DNA of 39,591 nt from Candidatus Woesearchaeota archaeon (GCA_964372845.1 CAYJRS010000002.1:1-39591); one strand, 5' to 3'. Shown: positions 24,672 to 34,225, counted from the first letter of the stretch. Translations and numbers: made by a program. Notes: generated by a model not told the origin, from the letters alone.

Positions 24672-24983
24672 ATGCAGTTATCTATGCAGTTTGCTGGAAA
24701 GCTGGAAACACTAAATGGATACGACAGGAAGGCTGTTAAAAACTGGGTGGAGAGATTTCTTGAGAAGCAGGGTAGATTTGTAGAGAGTGGAAACCTTAAC
24801 TTGAGGCTTGAGCAGAGAGAACTGAAATTTAGGGGGATACCATTGTTTAGCTGCAAGGCGAATTTATTTACAGACAGAGGGAAGTTTGTTGCGAGCGGCG
24901 AGGAATATGGTATACAGCAGTGCGTGAATATAGCCTTGAACAAGGTGAAGAGGCAGTTATTAAAGAGAAAAGAAATGATCTGA
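24672..24983 (+). CDS. Ribosome hibernation factor-like protein (HPF/RaiA, S30AE family)
   Basis: FVASGEEYGIQQCVNIALNKVKRQLLKRKE resembles the ...VASG...Y.AI....KLERQL.K motif of YfiA/HPF; about 100 aa. Confidence 0.6.
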   Translation: MQLSMQFAGKLETLNGYDRKAVKNWVERFLEKQGRFVESGNLNLRLEQRELKFRGIPLFSCKANLFTDRGKFVASGEEYGIQQCVNIALNKVKRQLLKRKEMI

Positions 24984-25056
24984 GTGAAGAGAATAAACCC
25001 ATGTAGACTTTGATAGATAGATTTTTATTTCTTGATTTCTTATCAAACTTGTTTTT

Positions 25057-25467
25057 ATGCCAAAAGAATTATCTGCAGGAATGATAGTGTATAATCCTAA
25101 ATTAAAAAAGTTCTTGGTCTTGGAATACAGCAGCCATTGGGGGTTTGTAAAAGGCCATATTGAGGCTGGGGAAGATGAAGAGAAGGCTGCAAAAAGAGAG
25201 CTGAAAGAAGAAACAGGGATTGATAAATTTAAATTCATTAAAGATTTTAAGGAAAGAATTAATTATTTTTTCAAGAAAGAAGGGAAAAGAGTCTATAAAG
25301 AAGTAGTATTTTTTCTTGTTCTTACAGAAACAGAAGATGTGAAGATAAGCGAGGAGCATAAGAGCTATAAGTGGTATGATTATGAAGAAGCCTATAAACT
25401 TGTAAAATTCAAGAACACTCGCGAGATTCTAAAAAAAGCTAATGAACATATCTTGAAAGTTTTGTAA
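25057..25467 (+). CDS. Nudix hydrolase
   Basis: Nudix box GHIEAGEDEEKAAKRELKEETGI. Confidence 0.9.
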   Translation: MPKELSAGMIVYNPKLKKFLVLEYSSHWGFVKGHIEAGEDEEKAAKRELKEETGIDKFKFIKDFKERINYFFKKEGKRVYKEVVFFLVLTETEDVKISEEHKSYKWYDYEEAYKLVKFKNTREILKKANEHILKVL

Positions 25468-25478
25468 ATTGAAAGAGA

Positions 25479-25557
25479 AGGACACCTGCGGTTTCCATTT
25501 GCCTTCCCCTCACACTTTCTTTTTTGGAAAAAGAAAGTGTGCAGCGAAGCGGTTGAA
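25479..25557 (-). repeat. Intergenic hairpin-repeat family, copy D (rearranged, with a 14-bp perfect hairpin)
   Basis: AAGGACAC-CTGCG-GTTTCCAT-TTGCCTTCCCC, then CACACTTTCTTTTT-TGG-AAAAAGAAAGTGTG, then CAGCGAAGCGGTTGAAAA. Confidence 0.65.
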
Positions 25558-25634
25558 AATCAAAATGCTTAAAAATGCTTAAAATAAGGCAAGATAGAGG
25601 TGAAAGCCTCAGACTTGTTCTGGGTTTTGTAATC

Positions 25635-26480
25635 ATGAAAAAGACATTATTGTTGTTAGTAGTGCTTTTAACTAGTTCTGCCTATGCCAATTCAATTACA
25701 ATTACATCTGTTACCCCCCGGCCAAATACAATAGAGCCTGGAGGAAGAGTAGACATCAGCGTTAGCCTGGAAAACCAGGGAGATAGAGATATTACTGATA
25801 TAAGCGTTGGCCTTGATCTTAGCTCAAGCAACCTGCCTTTCATCCCAATAGGGAGCGCTGCTAAAAAAGTGATTAAAGAAATTGAAGAGGATGAGTCTGG
25901 GAGCGTTGAATTTACTTTGATGAGCAGCCCTGATGCCAAGCCAGATACTTATAAGATTCCGATTATTGTAAGCTACAAGAACGGAGATGAAATCGTAGAG
26001 GAGAAAAGTATTATCGGTCTTATAATCGAAGCAGTTCCTTTGCTTGAAGCTGCTGTTGAAGAGAGCGAAATATTTAAAGTTGGACAGGCTGGAGAAGTGA
26101 CTGTAAGATTTGTTAATAAAGGGTTGGGAAGCATTAAGTTCTTGTCTGCTGAGCTTGAGAAAAACGCTGATTATGATATTTTATCAGTCAACACAGTTTA
26201 CGTCGGTAATATTGAGCCTGATGACTTTGAGACTGCCAGCTTTAAATTGGTATTCAAAAGAAGATCTGTGCAGCTGCCATTGCATGTAGAGTATAAAGAC
26301 AATAAAAACAAATTATTTGAGCAGACATTTAATCTTGATTTTCCGATTTACAGCGAGCAGGAAGCAATTGAATTGGGGCTGGAAAAAAAATCTAAAACAG
26401 GAATTTATATCGGGATTGCAACAGTTATTATTTTATTTTTCTTATATAGAAGATACAGGAAAAAGAAAAGAGCGAGATGA
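25635..26480 (+). CDS. Surface protein with COG1361/CARDB-like domains and a C-terminal membrane anchor
   Basis: Signal peptide MKKTLLLLVVLLTSSAYA. ITITSVTPRPNTIEPGGRVDISVSLENQGDRDITDISV. C-terminal TM helix plus RRYRKKKR. Confidence 0.8.
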   Translation: MKKTLLLLVVLLTSSAYANSITITSVTPRPNTIEPGGRVDISVSLENQGDRDITDISVGLDLSSSNLPFIPIGSAAKKVIKEIEEDESGSVEFTLMSSPDAKPDTYKIPIIVSYKNGDEIVEEKSIIGLIIEAVPLLEAAVEESEIFKVGQAGEVTVRFVNKGLGSIKFLSAELEKNADYDILSVNTVYVGNIEPDDFETASFKLVFKRRSVQLPLHVEYKDNKNKLFEQTFNLDFPIYSEQEAIELGLEKKSKTGIYIGIATVIILFFLYRRYRKKKRAR

Positions 26481-26502
26481 TAAAAATTTTGGATTTTAAA
26501 AA

Positions 26503-27396
26503 ATGAAACAGAAACTAGCAATACAGAAAGATATAGAATTCTTTGACAGGAAAGGCTTTGTCCCTTCTAGAAAAGTTAAAACTCTTGATGATTATCTACA
26601 AGAATCGGTAGATAAACTAGAACTTATAGAAAATTTTAAGAATAATTCTCAGGATTTTATTTCTGAACACCTAGGCATTGATACAAATATTGAAGTTTTA
26701 TTACCTTCAGAAGGATGGCAGAAAAGATTTTATGAAATTTTTCTTACTGAACCATTACCGGGGATTTATGCAAGTTCAATTGATGTTAGAAAGATAATGA
26801 CGTCTCATTCTTTATTCCAAAAAACAAAATATTGGTTGGGATGTAGGTTAATTTCATTGGGATTTAGAGGGACAATCCTAGATTTTGGAGATAAAAATTT
26901 GAACACTTATATCCCTATTATAAAAAAAGGAGAAAAAGATGATAATGAAGAAGCTTCTGAATGGTTATGTCATGAAACGGTTCATTGTGTTCGTAGCCAA
27001 CGCCTAGGATTAAGATTAAGAGACGTCTTAGGTTATGGATCTGTAGAAGAGACTATTGCTTATACAATAGACGACATTAGTGATACAAATATAGCTCTAA
27101 ATTTCTTACCCCCAATAATACAAGGAGTTATCCTTTCTCCTATTTTACTAGGAGCTCATTTTTTTTATCCAATTGCTAATATTTCGACATTTTCGGTTAT
27201 TGGAATGTCTCTATATTACGGAAATAAAACAGCCACTTTTTTTAACAAATGTGAAAAAGAAGAATTAAATCCACATTATATGTTTTTAAGATCCAATCCT
27301 TCTGAATATTCAAAAAAAGAACCAATTAGAGATCAGTTGTATAAAAATAATAATGTCAGATTTAAGATTATGGCTAATAGGTTGGGGATTAATTGA
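26503..27396 (+). CDS. Membrane protein with an HExxH motif (putative zinc metallopeptidase)
   Basis: WLCHETVHCV, then EET about 20 residues later. Hydrophobic segments lie near the C-terminus. Confidence 0.5.
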   Translation: MKQKLAIQKDIEFFDRKGFVPSRKVKTLDDYLQESVDKLELIENFKNNSQDFISEHLGIDTNIEVLLPSEGWQKRFYEIFLTEPLPGIYASSIDVRKIMTSHSLFQKTKYWLGCRLISLGFRGTILDFGDKNLNTYIPIIKKGEKDDNEEASEWLCHETVHCVRSQRLGLRLRDVLGYGSVEETIAYTIDDISDTNIALNFLPPIIQGVILSPILLGAHFFYPIANISTFSVIGMSLYYGNKTATFFNKCEKEELNPHYMFLRSNPSEYSKKEPIRDQLYKNNNVRFKIMANRLGIN

Positions 27397-27432
27397 TTGT
27401 GAGAATCAGACGATAAGAAGAAGATTAAGAAA

Positions 27433-28608
27433 ATGATAAATGACTATTTCCTGCTGGCTTTCAAAAGTATTCGCCACAGAAAATTAAGGAGCTGGCTTAC
27501 AATACTTGGGATTGTGATTGGGGTTGCTGCCATTGTTGCTTTAATCTCTCTTTCACTCGGGCTGCAGGCAACTATTGAAGAGCAATTCGAAGCATTTGGT
27601 GCTGACAGATTATTGATTGCTGCTCAAGGATTTCAAGGGCCTGGAAGCCAGTCAGAGGGGATAACTGACAAGGATATTTCTGTTCTTGAAAGGATGAGCG
27701 AATTTAAAACAATTTCATATGGATCAGCTCGCCCAGGAGAGGTTGAGTTCAAAAATGAGGTAAAATTTCCAAGTGTATTCGGCGGCAAAAATGGAAAAGA
27801 GCTTTTGGAGGATACCACAGATTTGGCTGATGGGAGATATATTGACGATGGAGACGATAATGATGCTTTAATTGGATCAAGGGTAGCTGATGGCTTGTTT
27901 AAAAATGAGATAAGAGTGAGGAACAAAATTAAAATTGCTGGAAAAGAATTCAAAGTTGTCGGTGTTTTAAAAGAGATTGGAAACCAGCAAGATGATAATA
28001 CTATATACATAACCTTAGATGGTTATAGAAAGATATTCGGCGAGACCGATGAAGTCGGTTTTATCTCTGCCCAAGTAAAACCAGGAATTGACATTTTATC
28101 TTTTCAGGAAAAAGTTAAAAGGGAATTGGAAAGATCTAGAGGGAATAAAAATTTTCAAGTTATTACACCTACTCAAATTTTAGAGCAGATAGGCACAATA
28201 TTAGGCGTTGTCCAGGCAGTTTTAGTCGGGATTGCTGCTATTAGCTTGGTTGTTGGAGGGATTGGAATTACAAATTCAATGTATACAACTGTGCTTGAAA
28301 GAACAAAAGAAATAGGCATTATGAAATCTATTGGTGCAAGAAACTCCGATATCCTTTCTATATTCTTGATTGAGTCTGGCTTGATGGGATTAGTTGGCGG
28401 ATTCTTCGGCGTTATAATTGGCACTTTGATTTCGCTTGGCATTGGAAAATTCTCTACAGATGCAGGCTTTAAGTTACTAGTAAAAATAAATCCTCAATTG
28501 ATGATTTTTGGTCTTGGATTTGCATTTGTTGTCGGTATGATTTCCGGAAGTTTGCCTGCAAGACAAGCAAGCAAATTAAAACCTGTGGATGCGTTGAGAC
28601 ATGAATAA
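27433..28608 (+). CDS. ABC transporter permease, MacB/FtsX family
   Basis: N-terminal TM helix, a large extracytoplasmic domain and a C-terminal FtsX-type TM bundle; 391 aa. Confidence 0.9.
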   Translation: MINDYFLLAFKSIRHRKLRSWLTILGIVIGVAAIVALISLSLGLQATIEEQFEAFGADRLLIAAQGFQGPGSQSEGITDKDISVLERMSEFKTISYGSARPGEVEFKNEVKFPSVFGGKNGKELLEDTTDLADGRYIDDGDDNDALIGSRVADGLFKNEIRVRNKIKIAGKEFKVVGVLKEIGNQQDDNTIYITLDGYRKIFGETDEVGFISAQVKPGIDILSFQEKVKRELERSRGNKNFQVITPTQILEQIGTILGVVQAVLVGIAAISLVVGGIGITNSMYTTVLERTKEIGIMKSIGARNSDILSIFLIESGLMGLVGGFFGVIIGTLISLGIGKFSTDAGFKLLVKINPQLMIFGLGFAFVVGMISGSLPARQASKLKPVDALRHE

Positions 28609-29299
28609 AATGAAAAATAAAAAAATAATTGAATTGAAAGAAGTTTGGAAGATTTACAAAATGGAAGAAGTAGATTTTCCTGCATTGCGCGGAATGAATT
28701 TAGAAGTAAATGAAGGAGAATTCTTAGTTGTTATCGGACCAAGCGGTTCAGGAAAAAGTACCGCACTTAATGCTATCGGCGCTTTAGATGTTCCAAGCAA
28801 GGGGGTTATTTATTTGGGCGGGAGTGATATTTCAAAATTATCTGAATCAGAGCTTGCTCAAATTCGCGGCAAAAAAATTGGGTTTGTTTTTCAATCATTT
28901 CATTTAATTCCTAGCTTATCAACTTTGGAGAATGTCATACTTCCTATGACGTTTCAAGGAATTTCTAGAGAGGAAAGAATTAGCAGAGCCAAGGAATTGT
29001 TGAATGCCGTCGGACTGAGTGATAAAATAAATAATCTTCCAAGCCAGTTGAGTGGAGGGCAGAGACAGAGAGTTGCAATTGCCAGAGCTCTTGCTAATAA
29101 CCCTGAAGTGATTCTTGCCGATGAGCCAACAGGAAATTTAGATAGTAAGACAGGAGCTGAAATTTTGAGATTGCTTAAAAAACTGAATGAAGAAGGAAAA
29201 ACATTAGTAGTTGTAACTCACGACGAGAATATTGCAAGAGAAGCAGACAGAATAGCTTATCTGGAAGATGGGAAAGTCGTGAGAGTTGAGAAAAATTAA
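28601..29299 (+). CDS. ABC transporter ATP-binding protein (MacB/LolD type)
   Basis: GPSGSGKST, LSGGQRQRVAIARAL, ILADEPTGNLD. Confidence 0.95.
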   Translation: MNKMKNKKIIELKEVWKIYKMEEVDFPALRGMNLEVNEGEFLVVIGPSGSGKSTALNAIGALDVPSKGVIYLGGSDISKLSESELAQIRGKKIGFVFQSFHLIPSLSTLENVILPMTFQGISREERISRAKELLNAVGLSDKINNLPSQLSGGQRQRVAIARALANNPEVILADEPTGNLDSKTGAEILRLLKKLNEEGKTLVVVTHDENIAREADRIAYLEDGKVVRVEKN

Positions 29300-29354
29300 A
29301 TCACCAAGAAGATGAACAAAAAGTTTTCAGTCTGCCTTTTCCCATTAATCTATC

Positions 29355-29516
29355 TTAAATAATCTTCAAAAAAATAGCATATATTAAAGCGAACAATGAT
29401 AGAATCATGCTAAAGCTGTCAAAACAGTACGTCCCTGCGGCTATTATAAAATTATAAACTATTATCAATGCTGTAAAAAATATAAAGGTTATTTCTAATC
29501 TTGATTTTGGAGTCAT
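29355..29516 (-). CDS. Possible 53-aa membrane peptide
   Basis: Hydrophobic ORF. Its ATG directly follows the stop of the upstream mini-ORF. Confidence 0.3.
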   Translation of the reverse strand: MTPKSRLEITFIFFTALIIVYNFIIAAGTYCFDSFSMILSLFALIYAIFLKII

Positions 29517-29618
29517 TTATATAATCCCAATTATCTTGAGTATCATTAAAATTATCATAATAATCAATAATCCCCAACCAATCCATGTTACGGCTTGTTC
29601 AATTTTCTTACTTGCCAT
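29517..29618 (-). CDS. Possible 33-aa membrane peptide
   Basis: MASKKIEQAVTWIGWGLLIIMIILMILKIIGII. GGAGGAG lies 5 nt upstream. Confidence 0.35.
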   Translation of the reverse strand: MASKKIEQAVTWIGWGLLIIMIILMILKIIGII

Positions 29619-29821
29619 ATAATCTCCTCCATTATTAAGTTTTAATCGCCTACAATAATGATTATGGTGCAATTAAGATATAAATATTTATGCATTCATA
29701 CGGTTAGACGGAAGATTTCATAAGAAACTGCAGAAGCTTTGTCATTCAAAGCAGTTAGAGTGAAGAAAAATATTCGTAATACTTAAATATTATTAAGAAT
29801 TATTTTTTTAGAGGTGATATT

Positions 29822-29935
29822 TTGGCTAAAGAAAAAATCGTATCTAAGTTTATGATTATTACTTTAATTTTAGTTGCTATAATAATAATCCTCTCGCTTA
29901 TTTTATTAATTAAAAGAGTTTATGGTGGTGGGTGA
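29822..29935 (+). CDS. Possible 37-aa membrane peptide (TTG start)
   Basis: GAGGTGA lies upstream of the TTG. One hydrophobic helix. The stop overlaps the next ATG (TGATG). Confidence 0.35.
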   Translation: MAKEKIVSKFMIITLILVAIIIILSLILLIKRVYGGG

Positions 29936-30216
29936 TGGCATGGGAAATTGGTGAGGTCTTGTTTTTAATTGGACAGCTCTTAGCATACATCATCGGGATA
30001 ATTGTGATAATACAGATTCTTAGAAGTTTATTTGGTGGGACATGGGAAATAGAAAATACTATTTTAACTATTGTTGTATTTAATTTGACTATAACTTTTA
30101 GCCTTGGTGGATATTTGTTGAATTCAAATAGAAGCTTAAATAGCAAAATTGCAAACATCGACAAAAAAATTCATGGCCATATCGAGTGGCACAGAGGAAA
30201 AGATAGCAGGAGATAG
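29935..30216 (+). CDS. Membrane protein, unknown function
   Basis: Two hydrophobic helices. The stop lies 1 nt before the polX ATG. Confidence 0.55.
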   Translation: MAWEIGEVLFLIGQLLAYIIGIIVIIQILRSLFGGTWEIENTILTIVVFNLTITFSLGGYLLNSNRSLNSKIANIDKKIHGHIEWHRGKDSRR

Positions 30217-30217
30217 C

Positions 30218-31894
30218 ATGATCAATAAGGAAATTGCTAAGATATTTTATGAAATTTCTGAAATATTAAAATTAAAAAATGTGCAATGGAAACCTCAAGC
30301 CTATAACAAAGCAGCTCGTGTGATAGATGATTTGGAAAAAGATTTGAAAGAAATTTATGATGAAAAAGGATTAAAGGGATTGGATGAAATATCTGGAGTT
30401 GGAAAGGGAATTGCAAAAAAAATTGAGGAATATATAAAAACTGGAAAAATAAAAGAGTATCAGAAATTAAAAAAAAGTATTCCTAAAGGCCTGATTGAGA
30501 TGATGGATATTACCGGTATTGGTCCGAAGAAGGCTCAATTTTTGTATAAAGAATTAAAGATAAAAAGCATTAAAGATTTAGAGAGGGCTGTTAGAAAACA
30601 CAAGATAAAAGAACTGGAGAGATTTGGGGAGAAAAGCGAGAAAGATATTAGAGAAGAAATTGAATTTTTCAAGAAAAGAAGTAAGAATAGAATGCTTCTT
30701 GGAGATGCTTTGGATCTTTCTGAAGACGTAGTAAAAAAATTAAAAGCAAAAAAAATTTTGGTCTGTGGCTCGATAAGGAGGATGTATGAAACCATTGGCG
30801 ACATAGACATTTTAGCTGTTGCCGATAAAAACATCGTCGAGGATTTCTGCAAACTTGCCGATAGAATTTTGGCTAAAGGTGAAGGAAAAGCAAGCATAAT
30901 AATCGGAGACAGACAAATAGATTTGAGAGTTGTTCCTAAAGAGGATTTCTGGAGTGGAGTTCATTATTTTACCGGAAGCAAGGATCATAGTGTTGAGCTC
31001 AGGAAAATAGCTATAAGAAAAGGGATGAAATTAAGCGAGTATGGATTGTTTAAAGGAGAAAGAAGAATTGCTGGAAAAAGCGAGGAAGAAATTTATCAAA
31101 AATTAGGAATGCAATATATCCCTCCAGAGTTGAGAGAAAATAAAGGTGAGATTGAAGCTGCGATTAAGAAAAAAATTCCTAAATTAATTAATTACAACGA
31201 CATAAAAGGGGATTTACATATGCATACTAAACACAGTGATGGAAACAATAGCATTTTAGAGATGGTTAGTGCTGCCAAAAAAATCGGATACAGTTATATT
31301 GGGATTAGTGATCATTCTCGAACAAGAAAGATAGCAGGAGGATTAACCGAAGATGAGCTGATGAAAGAGATCAAAGAGGTTAGAAAAATAAAAATTTCTG
31401 GGATTAAAGTTTTGATTGGAAGCGAAGTCGATATTTTAGGGGATGGAAGCCTGGATTACAATGATAAAATCTTGAAAAAGCTTGACTATGCAATTGGTTC
31501 AATACATTCTGGATTCAAAGGGGATGTAACTAAAAGAATTTTAAAGGCTATGGAAAATAAATACATGAATATTCTTGCTCATCCTACTGGAAGATTAATT
31601 CAGGAAAGGAAAGGATATGAAATAAAGTTTGATGAAGTATTAAGAGTTGCTAAGGAGACTAAAACTTTATTGGAGATAAACGCTCATCCTTCTAGATTGG
31701 ATTTAAGAGACGAGATGATAAAGGCTGCTGTTGAGAATGGAGACAAATTAATAATTGGAACTGATGCGCATAACGTCGATGGTTTAAGACATATGAAGCT
31801 GGGAATCGGACAGGCTAGGAGAGGATGGGCAGGAAAAGAAGATATTGCAAATACTAGAAGCTGGAATGAACTAAGAAAAATAATTGGGAGGTAG
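30218..31894 (+). CDS. polX: Family X DNA polymerase with C-terminal PHP domain
   Basis: HhH repeats (GVGKGIAKKI, GIGPKKA), catalytic GSIRRMYETIGDIDIL, and PHP HMHTKHSDG ... GISDHS. ATG 30218 is preferred over 30149, which overlaps the upstream gene. Confidence 0.9.
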   Translation: MINKEIAKIFYEISEILKLKNVQWKPQAYNKAARVIDDLEKDLKEIYDEKGLKGLDEISGVGKGIAKKIEEYIKTGKIKEYQKLKKSIPKGLIEMMDITGIGPKKAQFLYKELKIKSIKDLERAVRKHKIKELERFGEKSEKDIREEIEFFKKRSKNRMLLGDALDLSEDVVKKLKAKKILVCGSIRRMYETIGDIDILAVADKNIVEDFCKLADRILAKGEGKASIIIGDRQIDLRVVPKEDFWSGVHYFTGSKDHSVELRKIAIRKGMKLSEYGLFKGERRIAGKSEEEIYQKLGMQYIPPELRENKGEIEAAIKKKIPKLINYNDIKGDLHMHTKHSDGNNSILEMVSAAKKIGYSYIGISDHSRTRKIAGGLTEDELMKEIKEVRKIKISGIKVLIGSEVDILGDGSLDYNDKILKKLDYAIGSIHSGFKGDVTKRILKAMENKYMNILAHPTGRLIQERKGYEIKFDEVLRVAKETKTLLEINAHPSRLDLRDEMIKAAVENGDKLIIGTDAHNVDGLRHMKLGIGQARRGWAGKEDIANTRSWNELRKIIGR

Positions 31895-31900
31895 GATAAT

Positions 31901-32068
31901 ATGGCAAAAAAACATAAAACAAAAGCAAGAGGATGGCACAATCCAGCAAAATTTGTTTTGCATGGAACTCATGGAAAATGCAAATTGTGTAAAAAGCTGG
32001 TAAAAAATTTAGAGGAGCATATGAAAAAGATGCATAAAAAAGAGATTAAAAGAATAGCTGTCAAATAA
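31901..32068 (+). CDS. Possible 55-aa C2H2-like zinc-finger protein
   Basis: GKCKLCKKLVKNLEEHMKKMHKK (C-x2-C-x9-H-x4-H); basic. Below the ORF-track cutoff. Confidence 0.45.
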   Translation: MAKKHKTKARGWHNPAKFVLHGTHGKCKLCKKLVKNLEEHMKKMHKKEIKRIAVK

Positions 32069-32116
32069 TCTTTATAGAATACATTTGTTTTTATACTATT
32101 AATTACTTTTTTAGTT

Positions 32117-32428
32117 ATGCAAAACTATGTTGAAATTCCCATAGCAAACCATGTTTATAAATTAGATAGAAAATATAAAACAATTGCTAGAAAGAAAAGA
32201 TTTAGTAAAGAAGAAGTTGAAAACCTTAGGCAAATTAATTCCGAATCAAATTACTGGAGAGATAAAAGTCTTGGGGTTATAGGAAGTTTAGACGAAAGAT
32301 TCTTTGGATTATGTTCCAGCTCTGAGCTTGATGGTATAGATCTGATTTTTGAGAAAAGAATGAATAAAAAAGGTAACGAATTTTATTGTTTAACTGAAAG
32401 CAATAAAAAGGTTATTTTTTCTCGATAA
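32117..32428 (+). CDS. Hypothetical protein
   Basis: 103-aa ORF; no motif recognised. Confidence 0.5.
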   Translation: MQNYVEIPIANHVYKLDRKYKTIARKKRFSKEEVENLRQINSESNYWRDKSLGVIGSLDERFFGLCSSSELDGIDLIFEKRMNKKGNEFYCLTESNKKVIFSR

Positions 32429-32436
32429 CAACCTCC

Positions 32437-32586
32437 TAGTGTAATACTTGCTGTTTCTTTTTTATCAGTGTTACTTTAACCAAATCTTTATGCTCAAAAT
32501 CATCATGCCTATCCTTTGGAACCTTAATAACTCGATTTTTACCCATTTTAGAGATACGTTTTGTAAATGAAATGTCATACTCCATG
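32437..32586 (-). CDS. Possible 49-aa AbrB-like protein
   Basis: MEYDISFTKRISKMGKNRVIKVPKDRHDDF... has an AbrB-like VIKVPKD motif. Below the ORF-track cutoff. Confidence 0.3.
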
Positions 32587-32635
32587 TATATCACAGGTAT
32601 ACTTAAAATATAAATTATATATAAATTTAGCGTAA

Positions 32636-33265
32636 TTACTCTTTTGTAAGGATTTCAACCTGAATCTTGGCTAATTTCTTGAATTTCAATGCGTCCTGCT
32701 CTGTTCCAACTATGTCGCCATAATGATAAGGGATTGCAATCTTCGGCTTCATTTCATTTACTAAATTAGCTGCTTCTTTATAGTTCATAACATAAGTGCC
32801 TGATACTGGAATTAAAGCTACGTCTACTTTTATGTTTTTTATTTCGGGAATATTGTCTGTGTCGCCTGCGTAGAAAATCCTGCTATTATTATGATTGATT
32901 ATGAATCCAACCCAGTCATTTTCTTTTGGATGAAATTTTTTGTTTAGGTTATAAGAAGGGGTTGTTTCAATTAAAACATTTTTAATATTGTATTTCTTTC
33001 TTGGCTCTATTAATGTGACTTTTCCTAGAACCTCCCTTAACTTTGACTGGCAGTCCGGGGTCATTAGAATATCTGTTTCTTGCGAGGTTATTTTTTTTAT
33101 ATCTTCTAAAGAGAAATGATCATAGTGAGAATGTGAGATGAGGATTATATCTGCTTTTTCTTCCTCTTGAATTTTCCAAGGATCTATATATATTATTCTT
33201 CTTCCTGAAAGCTTAAATGAAGCATGACCTAACCATTTTATTTTTTCCATTATTTTCAAAAACAA
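32636..33265 (-). CDS. Metallo-beta-lactamase-fold hydrolase (UPF0173-like)
   Basis: ILISHSHYDH metal-binding motif; 209 aa. Confidence 0.9.
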   Translation of the reverse strand: MFLKIMEKIKWLGHASFKLSGRRIIYIDPWKIQEEEKADIILISHSHYDHFSLEDIKKITSQETDILMTPDCQSKLREVLGKVTLIEPRKKYNIKNVLIETTPSYNLNKKFHPKENDWVGFIINHNNSRIFYAGDTDNIPEIKNIKVDVALIPVSGTYVMNYKEAANLVNEMKPKIAIPYHYGDIVGTEQDALKFKKLAKIQVEILTKE

Positions 33266-33300
33266 AGATTTATATATAAATATTTATATGATAGATTAGA

Positions 33301-33546
33301 ATGACCATGATGAATTTCTCAGGAATGAATTTTTACATGCAGGACTGGTTTTTATTTCCTGGGTTTATGATGTTTGGAGTTGCGGTTGGTGCTTTGTTCT
33401 TGGCTTTCTGGGTCTGGATGATTGTTGATTGTGCCAGGAGAAATTTTAAAAATGGTAATGAGAAAATTATTTGGATTCTGATTATTTTGTTTGCAAAGGT
33501 CATTGGGGCTGTGATTTATTTCTTTGTTGTGAAGAATCGGAAATAA
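33301..33546 (+). CDS. Small membrane protein with a PLD-nuclease N-terminal-like (PLDc_N) domain
   Basis: WVWMIVDCARRNF...KIIWILIILFAKVIGAVIYFFV. Confidence 0.65.
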   Translation: MTMMNFSGMNFYMQDWFLFPGFMMFGVAVGALFLAFWVWMIVDCARRNFKNGNEKIIWILIILFAKVIGAVIYFFVVKNRK

Positions 33547-33588
33547 GCTGTCACAAGATTTTTAAATATGCATTAATTAGTTAATTGT

Positions 33589-33891
33589 ATGAAAAAGCAG
33601 ACTCTCACTTCAAGGAAGATAATAAATACGATAGAACGGCATAGAAATGATCTGGCTAAATTTGATGTTAAGAAGATTGGCTTATTCGGATCGTTTTCTA
33701 AACATCCAGATAAAAGTAGTGATATAGACTTCCTTGTAGAATTTAAGAAACCCTCATTTGATAATTATATGGGATTAAAATTTAAACTAGAAAAGTTATT
33801 TAATAGAAAAGTTGATTTGGTTATAGAAAAAGAGTTAAAACCGGCATTGAAGTATGTAAAAAGGGAAGCTATTTATGCCAAAGGATTATAG
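33589..33891 (+). CDS. Nucleotidyltransferase MntA-like (antitoxin of the HepT pair)
   Basis: [22 protein letters not shown]. Confidence 0.85.
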   Translation: MKKQTLTSRKIINTIERHRNDLAKFDVKKIGLFGSFSKHPDKSSDIDFLVEFKKPSFDNYMGLKFKLEKLFNRKVDLVIEKELKPALKYVKREAIYAKGL

Positions 33892-34225
33892 GGTTTACTT
33901 GGATGATATTTTAGATTCTATTAAAAATGTTGAAGATTATTCTAAGAAGATCACCTCTATAAAAATGCTTGAAAAAGATAAACTGAGAAAAGATGCCATA
34001 ATTAGAAATCTGGAAATTATTGGTGAGGCAGTTAAAAGTCTGCCTTCAGAAATTAGAGAGAAGTATCCTGATGTTGAATGGAAGAAGATTGCTGGTTTTA
34101 GAGGTATATTAATTCATGAATATTCTGGGATTAGTTTGGAGATTGTATGGGATGTAATAAAAAACAAGATTCCAGAACTTAAAATTACGATAAATAGGAT
34201 TTTGAAAGAATATAAAGGGCTATGA
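33875..34225 (+). CDS. HepT-like DUF86/HEPN toxin
   Basis: RNLEIIGEA and FRGILIHEY (R-x4-H). Overlaps the MNT gene by 17 nt. Confidence 0.85.
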   Translation: MPKDYRVYLDDILDSIKNVEDYSKKITSIKMLEKDKLRKDAIIRNLEIIGEAVKSLPSEIREKYPDVEWKKIAGFRGILIHEYSGISLEIVWDVIKNKIPELKITINRILKEYKGL

